64,000 nucleotides of DNA from IMG/VR virus record IMGVR_UViG_3300042881_006586; one strand, 5' to 3'. The position numbers and the translations under genes are program-made. Shown here piece by piece: positions 1-8,126 of the stretch; the stretch's first letter is position 1, and each line of letters starts with the position of its first letter. The notes beneath the pieces are model-generated. The model was given only the letters and a program-made list of their open reading frames with translations. It ran no database searches and was not told the origin of the DNA. The stretch is from a virus.

Positions 1-101
1 CCTGTTTTGAGCATTTTTTGCTCAAGTTGAGCGGAAATATTTGCGAATGTGGCAGAACCACCATCATTCAAAAAATTCTTTAAATCATTAACTGAAATCA
101 T
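1..101 (-). CDS. Partial hypothetical protein (MISVNDLKNFLNDGGSATFAN..., runs off the left edge)
   Basis: ATG at 101 on the minus strand, open to position 1, preceded by two host-type promoters. Confidence 0.6.
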   Translation of the reverse strand, partial: MISVNDLKNFLNDGGSATFANISAQLEQKMLKT

Positions 102-139
102 AATAAGGTAGTTAAAAAGTGAATAATCAATTTGATACA

Positions 140-170
140 CAAAGGTAAGTATAATAATTGGTACTACAAA
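140..170 (-). promoter_or_regulatory. Bacteroidota-type sigma70 promoter (early)
   Basis: Minus strand reads TTTG-N19-TACCTTTG, matching the Bacteroidota -33/-7 consensus TTTG/TAnnTTTG. Confidence 0.7.
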
Positions 171-235
171 ACTTTTTTTAAGATTTTTTAAAACTTTTTT
201 TTGTAGCCCTTAATTCGTTCCCTCAAAAGCATATG

Positions 236-267
236 CAAATATAAGACGAATTATTTTCTTACGCAAG
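236..267 (-). promoter_or_regulatory. Second tandem Bacteroidota-type promoter
   Basis: Minus strand reads CTTG-N20-TATATTTG. Confidence 0.55.
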
Positions 268-490
268 TTTTTTGACAATTATTTTCAAAATAATTTTAAA
301 ATATTTTTTCAAAGGAATAAACGAAATTTTCAAAGGTCAAAGTTTAGGTTCAAAGGAATTTATAATATAGCCTTATTTGTCAAAATTTCGGCTTCTAAGG
401 GAATTTTACTATTGAAGTAATATATTTACTTTATTGAAAAATTGAATGCCTTAAATCGAAAATTTTAAAAACTGAATTTTAAGAAAATTT

Positions 491-1082
491 TTTATATACG
501 AAAAAATAAATTGTTACTTTTGAAAGGTATACGAAATATTTTTGTCAATTTATTTTTAATATACGAACTTTGTTCGTGGCAATTGCTTGCAATATACGAA
601 AAAAAATCTTTGCTTCTTTTGAAGGAAAAATAATATACGAAAAATTTGTGGCAATCGCTCCGCAATATACGAAAGTATTTTTTATGGTATACTAAAAAAT
701 GATATACGAGTTTCTTATGATATACGACATATACGCAAATAAGCGGTAGGTAGTATATACGCAATATACAACATATACGAAAGTATGTGGGAGGTATACG
801 ACATATACAAATATACGAAAGTAGGTAGGAGGTATACTGTATATACGTAAAATGAGCGGTAGGTAGTATATACGCAATATACACAAATTGGGGGTAGGTA
901 GTATATACGACATATACGTAATATACGCAAATGGGGGTAGGTAGTATATACGACATATACGTAATATACGCAAATGGGGGTAGGTAGTATATACAAAATA
1001 CCCCCCTACCCCACTATATACGACATATACGCCCCCCCCCTATCCTAAACCCCTCTCCCCACCCCCTATTTCGTATATGTCG
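491..1082. repeat. ATATACG iteron-like array with 43-bp tandem units and a terminal inverted copy
   Basis: About 20 exact ATATACG copies by hand count, all on +. 43-bp period repeats at 889-994. CGACATATACG (1021-1031) is inverted at 1072-1082. Confidence 0.9.
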
Positions 1083-1099
1083 TACACGCCCCCCGACCC

Positions 1100-1530
1100 T
1101 CTAAAAAAATTTTTTTCAATTTTTCATTTTTCCAAAAGTGAACTTTTCCAAAGGAAGCAATTTTATTCTCCAAAGAAAAATCAATTCCCCCAACCTCCTA
1201 AAAAAATTTTTTTCAAATTTTCATTTTTCCAAAAGTGAACTTTTCCAAAGGAAACAATTATAGGTTTCAAAGAAAACAATTTTAATCTCCAAAGGAAACA
1301 ATTATAGGTTTCAAAGGCTAAAGCCTTTGGTCTGCATAGCCTTTCAAAGGAAACAATTTTAATCTTCAAAGGAAGCATAGCCTTTCAAAGGAAACAATTT
1401 TAATCTCCAAAGGGAAAATCGGGGCAGGGTCAAAAATTTTTTTTTAGAATTTTTTGTTTTTTCAAAGGCTTCAAAGGGAGCAATTGCAGGTTACAAAGGA
1501 AACAATTTTAATCTTCAAAGGAAGCAATCA
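1100..1530. repeat. CAAAGG(AAACAATT) repeat array including a ~60-bp direct repeat
   Basis: About a dozen (T/C)CAAAGG copies, almost all on +. ~60-bp near-identical repeat at ~1102-1162 and ~1199-1259. Confidence 0.9.
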
Positions 1531-1615
1531 TATCGTTGGGATAGATGATATTTTGGAATATCGTTGGAATGAACGATATTTTGCAAAGGGTAAAAAAAAA
1601 GTTAAAGGGATATAA

Positions 1616-2725
1616 TCAATCTTCATAATATTCTTTAAATTTTTCGTAGTATTGATTTACGAGATTTTGGTCATCGACATCTTCAAAATAATCATCTTCA
1701 TTATTTCCAAGGAATTCGTCATTTTCTATAGCTTGTTGGATTTTATTTTTGAGATATTTTGAGAGCAGTGGTTTGGATACTTTGCTCATTTGGTATAATA
1801 CATTTGATTCTAAGGTATCGGTGGAGTTTACATAAAGTTTAAGGTTATTTTCATTGAAGAAATCTAACAGGGTTTCATCTACGGTATGATAATCTTCATT
1901 GGTGATATTGTTTATATAGCCATTGATATAATTTTCCAATTTTTTGGGATAGGTTTTGTTGATAAATTCTATGGTAAAGGTATCTATGATGATTCCAACT
2001 TCTCCGAGGGAGAACATTTGTTCGTTGGAGATATAGGCATATTCTACACCGTTGAAGAATTGGTAGAAGTCATATCGAGGATTTTCTTCTTTCAGTTGGA
2101 TTGCTTTTTGGATTCTTGAATTTATATAAGAATCTTTTAGAGAGTCTTCAAGATAATCTACGGTATTTTCAGGAAGTTTGACACCTTCTTCTATACAATA
2201 TTGGATATATTCCCTTTGTGTATTTGGTTTTATTTTTGGGAATTGTTCCAAATGGAATCCGTTTTTCAGAAGTTCCAAAATGGTTTCATTTGGAAGATTA
2301 TTTTGTAGTGTATTAGAGAATGGTCTATGGATGGTTTTAGAATAAAACTCCTCTATAAAATCTGCGATAGGATATTCGTTAGCATCGAGTATTTGGATAC
2401 CTAATTGCACTTTAGATTCTTCTTCGGAGTCTAAAAATCTTTTGATTGGGAATTGTTCCAAAGAAAATCCATTTTTCAGAAGTTCTAAAATGGTTTCATT
2501 TGGAAGATTATTTAGTAATTCGTTGGAAAATTTTTCGTATTTAGAATAAAACTTCTTTATAAAATTTATGATAGGATATTCGTTGGCATCGAGTATTTGG
2601 ATACCTATTTGCACGTTAGATTCGTTTTCAGAGTCTAAAAATCTTTTGAGGTTGTTAAGTTCTTCGTAGTTCAGATTTTCAAAAAGGAGTTTATATTGGC
2701 TTTCTGAGATAATTATTTTTTTCAT
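1616..2725 (-). CDS. Hypothetical protein with capsid-targeting-like leader and an internal ~70-aa duplication
   Basis: Starts MKKIIISESQYKLLFE. KRFLDSE...LEQFP occurs twice (210-bp period, ~2236-2650). TATTTATA 13 nt upstream. Confidence 0.8.
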   Translation of the reverse strand: MKKIIISESQYKLLFENLNYEELNNLKRFLDSENESNVQIGIQILDANEYPIINFIKKFYSKYEKFSNELLNNLPNETILELLKNGFSLEQFPIKRFLDSEEESKVQLGIQILDANEYPIADFIEEFYSKTIHRPFSNTLQNNLPNETILELLKNGFHLEQFPKIKPNTQREYIQYCIEEGVKLPENTVDYLEDSLKDSYINSRIQKAIQLKEENPRYDFYQFFNGVEYAYISNEQMFSLGEVGIIIDTFTIEFINKTYPKKLENYINGYINNITNEDYHTVDETLLDFFNENNLKLYVNSTDTLESNVLYQMSKVSKPLLSKYLKNKIQQAIENDEFLGNNEDDYFEDVDDQNLVNQYYEKFKEYYED

Positions 2726-2813
2726 TTGAAAATTTAATTATAAATATATTTGTTTTAGGAGGAATATTTATTGTTACAAAGGTAATGATATAATTTTAAA
2801 AAACTAAATTTAT

Positions 2814-3572
2814 ATGAGAATAATTATTACGGAGGCTCAATATGGGTTTATAACTTCATATAAAAATATTACTGAAAATACTTTATTAAAAAATGTTGTT
2901 AGGAGATATGAATCTTTAATAAAGAAAAAGGGTGTTGGTATTTTAGGTAAATTGGAGGAATCTGATTTAGAAAATCCAAATAAATATGAAGACGAAATAA
3001 ATACAATTATTGAATTATATTATGATTTAGAAGATGCTTATAACTATGATGATGATTTTGATTATAAACAAGGTCAATCTGAGTTATTTTCTAAATTAAA
3101 AGATAACATTGTATATAAGATGTGGTTTAATTATAAAAATGCTATGGAGCGTAACAGACCTGATTCTGCGTTATCGTTAGATAGGTTTGCGAATTATTTA
3201 AATTCAGGTACGTTATTATTATTTGAAAATAATGAAAGTTACATTATTGGTAAATATTCAAATGGATTTTTTAAACCATCACATTTTGCACCTAAGAGTA
3301 TAAGAGAGGGTATTGAGATAATAAAGGAATTAATTAAGTATGACAATATAGTTTTTACTGTAACAGATGATTTAAAAGATATGTTAGATAAATTGGGGGC
3401 ATATTCAAATGATAATCTTGTTATTTCGATGATATTTAGAGATATGCTTGTTAAAAAGCATGTGGTTCTAACGAATCCTTATATAATGGCACAGGTATTA
3501 AATGGATTGATGAATAATGAGTATAAAGACATATCAGATTTTGAAAATATAACTTATGAAGATTTAAAATAA
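2814..3572 (+). CDS. Hypothetical protein with capsid-targeting-like leader
   Basis: 252-aa ORF starting MRIIITEAQY. Confidence 0.75.
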   Translation: MRIIITEAQYGFITSYKNITENTLLKNVVRRYESLIKKKGVGILGKLEESDLENPNKYEDEINTIIELYYDLEDAYNYDDDFDYKQGQSELFSKLKDNIVYKMWFNYKNAMERNRPDSALSLDRFANYLNSGTLLLFENNESYIIGKYSNGFFKPSHFAPKSIREGIEIIKELIKYDNIVFTVTDDLKDMLDKLGAYSNDNLVISMIFRDMLVKKHVVLTNPYIMAQVLNGLMNNEYKDISDFENITYEDLK

Positions 3573-3580
3573 ATTAATAT

Positions 3581-4378
3581 ATGAGAAGAATAATTATTAC
3601 GGAGGCTCAATATGGGTTCATTGAGGGGATTGAGATTGGGGATGATGGTCAGATGAAGTTGGATGTGACTGACAAGGGAAATCAAAAATATATTGATACA
3701 TCTTTGGGGAAGTCATCAAAGAATGTTAAATTTGAAGCGAGGGTTACAACATTACCACAATCGGGGGTCAAGGTTATATCGGTATATAAGAAGGGTTCTG
3801 TTGAGGATAAGAGTCTAACAGATGTATTAAAGGGATTGAAGCGTAAGAGCAGTTCATATAGTATTTCAGATGAGGAGTATGATAGGTTTATCAACAGGAG
3901 TGCGATATTTTTTGCGAAGGAGATGAATCGTATGAAAGTTGATTCTGTGTTTTGCATGGGGTCATCATCTTCATTGGTCAGGGATATAGCTGAGAGGACT
4001 GTGGGAAAAGTATCGAATATTTCTTTGAAATTTTTGCCTGATTCGATTAAGAAAAATATTGATATGCTTGAGTTGGTTATTCCTGATGAGGATATAGAGC
4101 GTTTTGGTTCGGACATATTGGGTAGTTTGAGGAAAGAGGTTGAGAAGGCAAAGCAGCGTGGTGAGTTTGAGATAAAGAAGATACAGCCACAGTACAGAAA
4201 ATTTTTCAAGGGGTGGATAGAGGTTAATTCTGCATATATAAAGTCCATTATGGACAAGGATATAATTCTTTTTGATGATTATTTGACATCGGGGGCAACG
4301 CTTGATGAGGTATGTTTGGCGTTGAAGGCATATTCACCTAAGTCGATAACATGTTTTACAATTATAAAAATGAAATAA
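3581..4378 (+). CDS. Phosphoribosyltransferase-fold protein with leader
   Basis: PRPP-binding loop IILFDDYLTSGATL; starts MRRIIITEAQY. Confidence 0.75.
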   Translation: MRRIIITEAQYGFIEGIEIGDDGQMKLDVTDKGNQKYIDTSLGKSSKNVKFEARVTTLPQSGVKVISVYKKGSVEDKSLTDVLKGLKRKSSSYSISDEEYDRFINRSAIFFAKEMNRMKVDSVFCMGSSSSLVRDIAERTVGKVSNISLKFLPDSIKKNIDMLELVIPDEDIERFGSDILGSLRKEVEKAKQRGEFEIKKIQPQYRKFFKGWIEVNSAYIKSIMDKDIILFDDYLTSGATLDEVCLALKAYSPKSITCFTIIKMK

Positions 4379-4383
4379 GTCGT

Positions 4384-5139
4384 ATGAAAATAAGTTTAAA
4401 TGAATTAAGGTTGATTATCCATAATATTATTCAAGAGAATTTTGAGGATATTACTGAATATGAGGATTATGTTGAGCCTAAGAGAAAGAATAATAGGAAT
4501 ATTTCGGATATAGGTATTTCTCAGGATGAGGGTCGTGGAGTTGCCAATATAATGGCGGTGTATAATGAAGCTGAGGAGGAGGAAAAAGATTTTTGGGGGA
4601 GATGGTATTATAATTCAAAAGAAAATGTTCAAAATTTGGCACAGAGACATGATATTGATTTTGTGGTGACTGCTGCGGTTGTGGCGGTACTTTCTCCTGG
4701 GAATAAATGGAAGGCAAATCTCGTAGCTGCAGATAATGTCATTCAGATGTTTAAAAATCCTGAGATTCGAAAAAATATTAATGCATATGGTAAAAATGTA
4801 GAGAAGGCTATTAAAATTTTAGAGAGTGGAGATATTGGATATGTGCGAGGGCCGAAGGTATCCGTATTTTTAAAATCTCTCATTGACCCTGATTACACAA
4901 AAGATGCATTGGTATTAGATTCTCATGCTATAAACATTTGGTATGGTATCAAGAGAAATATAAAAATGACTCCAACAATTTCCACTAAAATGCGGATGAA
5001 AATCATGGATGATTATAGAACTGCTGCGAATAAATTGGGAGTGGGATTGCAAGCACTTCAAGCTACAACATGGTATATATGGAAATCGTTGAAAAATGCG
5101 CCTGAAATACCTCATACAAACATTCAAGTAGAAGTTTAA
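4384..5139 (+). CDS. HhH-GPD/DNA glycosylase-like phage protein with leader
   Basis: WY...AVLSPGNKWKAN...GPKV..F...LDSH...LQATTW pattern. Start moved to ATG 4384 (MKISLNELRLIIHNIIQE). Confidence 0.55.
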   Translation: MKISLNELRLIIHNIIQENFEDITEYEDYVEPKRKNNRNISDIGISQDEGRGVANIMAVYNEAEEEEKDFWGRWYYNSKENVQNLAQRHDIDFVVTAAVVAVLSPGNKWKANLVAADNVIQMFKNPEIRKNINAYGKNVEKAIKILESGDIGYVRGPKVSVFLKSLIDPDYTKDALVLDSHAINIWYGIKRNIKMTPTISTKMRMKIMDDYRTAANKLGVGLQALQATTWYIWKSLKNAPEIPHTNIQVEV

Positions 5140-5144
5140 GGATA

Positions 5145-6002
5145 ATGAAGAAAATAGTTGTCATAATTGTATTAGTTTTTATATTCATAGGAGCAAATTT
5201 GGTTTCAAAGGCTGAAGCCTTTGGTCAGCAAAGCTTTGCTTCAAAGGGAAGAAGTGATTCAAAGGAATTGCGTATACTTTCGTGGAATATACAGAATTTT
5301 GGAAAGTCTAAGATGGCAAATGATTCTGTTATGGTTTTTATCAGTGGTATTATGAGTTCTTATGATATTGTTGCAGTTCAAGAGGTATCTGTTTCGGAAT
5401 TTGGTTCACAGGCTGTTGCGAAGTTGGATGATTTATTGGATAGAAGTGGGGCTTCATGGGATTATGTTATATCTAATCCCACGAGTGGAAGTGGTTCAGA
5501 GAGGTATGCATATTTGTTTAGGAAAGATAGGGTGAAGTTGGTTAGTCATTCATTGGAAGCTACTTTGGCTTCTGTTGTGAACAGAGAGCCATATATTGGA
5601 AAGTTTTTGGTTGATGGTGTTGATGAGTATATCTTAGGGAATGTTCATTTAGTTCCGAAAGAAAAGAATCCTTCATTGGAGGTTAAGGAATTGGGTTCTC
5701 TTGGAGGTAAATATAAGAATAAGAAATTCATATTGATGGGTGACTTTAATTTGTCTGAGAGGGATAGGTCTTTTGATGGGATGAAGGTATGGTGCAATGT
5801 TGGGTTTAAAGGTGAAAGGACATCATTGAAGATGAAAGAGGGGGGAGAGTGGTTGAATGAGGAGTATGACAATTTTTTTGTTTCAAGAAAGGTAAAGGTT
5901 GGTTCAAGTGGGGTTTTGCATTTTTACAAAAAATTTGTTCGTTTGAGTGATGCGAGAAAAGTTTCTGACCATTGCCCTATATTTATATATGTAAAAAAAT
6001 GA
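5145..6002 (+). CDS. DNase I-like endonuclease/exonuclease/phosphatase with signal peptide
   Basis: SWNIQNFG, AVQEV, ERYAYLFR, REPY, MGDFN, YDNFF, VSDHCPI motifs; hydrophobic N-terminus. Confidence 0.9.
   Translation: MKKIVVIIVLVFIFIGANLVSKAEAFGQQSFASKGRSDSKELRILSWNIQNFGKSKMANDSVMVFISGIMSSYDIVAVQEVSVSEFGSQAVAKLDDLLDRSGASWDYVISNPTSGSGSERYAYLFRKDRVKLVSHSLEATLASVVNREPYIGKFLVDGVDEYILGNVHLVPKEKNPSLEVKELGSLGGKYKNKKFILMGDFNLSERDRSFDGMKVWCNVGFKGERTSLKMKEGGEWLNEEYDNFFVSRKVKVGSSGVLHFYKKFVRLSDARKVSDHCPIFIYVKK
5942..5997 (+). repeat. 56-bp direct repeat copy 1 (contains TATTTATA)
   Basis: Matches 6822-6877 with 1 mismatch. Confidence 0.95.
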
Positions 6003-6035
6003 TAGTTACTAAAGTAATTATATTTAGGTATTAAG

Positions 6036-6821
6036 ATGAAAAAGCTAATATTAACAGAGGGTCAGTATAGAATTCTTTTTGAGGGTATCAATGAGCAGGG
6101 GGAGCTTCGAAAGTTAGCCGAAGAGGTTATAGCTAAATTTTCAAAAGAAAACTTATCTGTTGTCAAGAGGGTTAAGAAGCAGATAGATGCAGGTCTTCCT
6201 GTTGATGGTTATTTTAACAGTGACTATATCAGTTTGGTTGAAATTACTGATGGGGGGTTGTATGATTTGTTAGGTGATTTTATCAAGAATTCTTCAGTTA
6301 ATATAGTTTTTTATGAAGATAAAAACAAGCGTATGAAGGGGGTTTATGATGGGAATGTTAAAATAAAATATAATAAAGATTTTGAGGGTAGTTTGGTATA
6401 TCAGGTTGGGTTTTACGAGAAGGCTGATGATATTAGTTCATCGGAAGCTGAACAGATTCTTAAGAAGGCTATGGGAATCTCCTTTAGAAGTACATTGATT
6501 CATGAGTTGCAGCATGCTTATGATGCTTATAGGAGTGGTGGAAAGTATGTATCAGACAAGAGGAGTGTTGCTTTTTATAACAAAAGGGGTGAAAATGATA
6601 TGAGTGATGAGGAGTATCAAGTATATTTAAGTTTACCACATGAGTATTGGGCGAGGTTCAGTCAGACGATGGCGGATATATTTAGGGATGGGATGAGTTT
6701 TGAGGATTTGCTTGATAAGTTTAAGAAGAGTGTTATTATGAGGTTTGATTCATTGAGGGATGGTGACAAGCGTAGAATATTGAAGGCATTATATGGGTAT
6801 TGGGATTTGCATAAAAAATAA
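6036..6821 (+). CDS. Zincin-like metallopeptidase (HExxH) with leader
   Basis: LIHELQHAYD plus downstream HEYWAR; starts MKKLILTEGQYRILFE. Confidence 0.7.
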   Translation: MKKLILTEGQYRILFEGINEQGELRKLAEEVIAKFSKENLSVVKRVKKQIDAGLPVDGYFNSDYISLVEITDGGLYDLLGDFIKNSSVNIVFYEDKNKRMKGVYDGNVKIKYNKDFEGSLVYQVGFYEKADDISSSEAEQILKKAMGISFRSTLIHELQHAYDAYRSGGKYVSDKRSVAFYNKRGENDMSDEEYQVYLSLPHEYWARFSQTMADIFRDGMSFEDLLDKFKKSVIMRFDSLRDGDKRRILKALYGYWDLHKK

Positions 6822-6877
6822 TTTGAGTGATACGAGAAAAGTTTCTGACCATTGCCCTATATTTATATATGTAAAAA
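6822..6877 (+). repeat. 56-bp direct repeat copy 2
   Basis: Begins immediately after the stop codon of 6036..6821. Confidence 0.95.
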
Positions 6878-6886
6878 GATAAAATT

Positions 6887-7222
6887 ATGAAACAAGTATT
6901 AAAGAGTATGATTGAAAGATTTTCATTTGGGCAAATGACTTCAAATGAGAATGGTAAGACATCTGCATCGGGAACTATGGGAGTTTTGATATGTGTCATT
7001 GGAACGCTTTGTTTTTTGATGGGATGTGTTGACAAGATGTTTTTGAACAAGGATATTGATGTTATCACGCAGAGCATCATATTTGTTGGTATTGGAGCAG
7101 GTTTGTTAGGATTCAGAAAATCAAGGGAGAGAAAAGTGGTTTCAAAGGAAATTCCACAAGCAGTTGAGCAGATGCCTTCAATTGGAACAGAACAATTACC
7201 ACAAAATCCACAAGAGTTATGA
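6887..7222 (+). CDS. Two-TM membrane protein, putative holin
   Basis: Two hydrophobic helices and a basic tail; late motif upstream. Confidence 0.5.
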   Translation: MKQVLKSMIERFSFGQMTSNENGKTSASGTMGVLICVIGTLCFLMGCVDKMFLNKDIDVITQSIIFVGIGAGLLGFRKSRERKVVSKEIPQAVEQMPSIGTEQLPQNPQEL

Positions 7223-7554
7223 GAATGAATGATTTTAAAAGAATTATCAGAGAAATGGTTTCTGATGAGATGGGTTCAAATGAAATGGGTATGGTTTCAA
7301 AGGGAAATATGATGAAAGTCAAAAGCAAGCAAGGGGAATTGACTGAAAATTATATGTTTTTTTCCAATTTGCAACAGATGAAAAGACAGATTGAGCTTTT
7401 GATGGAATTGGATAGAGAGGAGATTGAAGGTATTCTTCAGAACGGTCATGATTGGGCTGAAGACCACGTGGCTGTTGCAAAGAACAATTTAGACCAAGTT
7501 TTTGATTTCATGATGAATGAGGTTGAAGATTGTGGATGTGAAGATGAGATGTAA
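7219..7554 (+). CDS. Small acidic hypothetical (probable head) protein
   Basis: ATGA overlap with upstream gene; leader-like FKRIIRE and LTE site. Confidence 0.7.
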   Translation: MRMNDFKRIIREMVSDEMGSNEMGMVSKGNMMKVKSKQGELTENYMFFSNLQQMKRQIELLMELDREEIEGILQNGHDWAEDHVAVAKNNLDQVFDFMMNEVEDCGCEDEM

Positions 7555-7613
7555 CAAATATTTACCATTTTTGTTACAAAATTGAGTTGAGATATTTTCA
7601 AAGGGAAATATAT

Positions 7614-7646
7614 AAGGGCTGTTCAATTGAGCAGCCCCTTTTTTTT
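7614..7646 (+). terminator. Rho-independent terminator
   Basis: GGGCTGTTC-AATT-GAGCAGCCC followed by a T-run between convergent genes. Confidence 0.8.
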
Positions 7647-7938
7647 ATTGTATTTTTTTCTTTCTTGATTTTTTTGGTGTTGATTCTTCAAGAGGAACTT
7701 CGGGTTCTTCGGAAACAATTACAGTTTCATTCGGAACTGTAATAGGTTCTTCTGAAATTGTTTCAGGTTCAATAGAGATTTGAATTTCTTCAACAGAAAT
7801 TTCAATTTCTTCTTTTGGAGATTCCTCTTCAACAATTGGGTTAATTGTTTCGGTTTTAGGTTGAGGGGTGATTTTTTTGACGATTATAGGTTTCTCTGAG
7901 AGTTTTCCTATAATTTTCTTTTTGAAATATTCAGCCAT
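7645..7938 (-). CDS. Hypothetical low-complexity E/P/I-rich protein
   Basis: ORF with TATTTATA 11 nt upstream. Confidence 0.7.
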   Translation of the reverse strand: MAEYFKKKIIGKLSEKPIIVKKITPQPKTETINPIVEEESPKEEIEISVEEIQISIEPETISEEPITVPNETVIVSEEPEVPLEESTPKKSRKKKIQ

Positions 7939-7996
7939 AACAATTTTAATATAAATATGATAATAACAGAAATTGAAATATTTATAATAAAAAAAT

Positions 7997-8122
7997 ATGC
8001 CTTACAGTAAAAATCCTGCTACGATGTATGCCATTTTAGATGAATTAAGTAAACTAAAAGGTAATTATTTTCGGATAAATATAAAAATAAGCAGAACCTA
8101 TAATATTTATAATAAAATATAA
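7997..8122 (+). CDS. 41-aa micro-ORF or gene remnant
   Basis: MPYSKNPATMYAILDELSKLKG..., own TATTTATA at 7979-7986. Confidence 0.4.
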   Translation: MPYSKNPATMYAILDELSKLKGNYFRINIKISRTYNIYNKI

Positions 8123-8126
8123 TAAA

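Noticed and set aside
492-1378. ORFs 492..956, 692..973, 715..996 and 1181..1378
   Set aside because: Low-complexity translations of the repeat arrays in several overlapping frames; not credible genes
491-1530. Repeat arrays as a CRISPR array
   Set aside because: No constant repeat with unique spacers of regular length, and no cas genes in the window
1100-1530. CAAAGG array as a promoter-mimic array (minus-strand CCTTTG resembles the -7 element)
   Set aside because: Units read TTCCTTTG rather than TAnnTTTG, and the ~18-22-bp period does not match -33/-7 spacing
4351-4383. ORF-track start at 4351
   Set aside because: Overlaps the upstream gene; ATG 4384 begins the conserved leader
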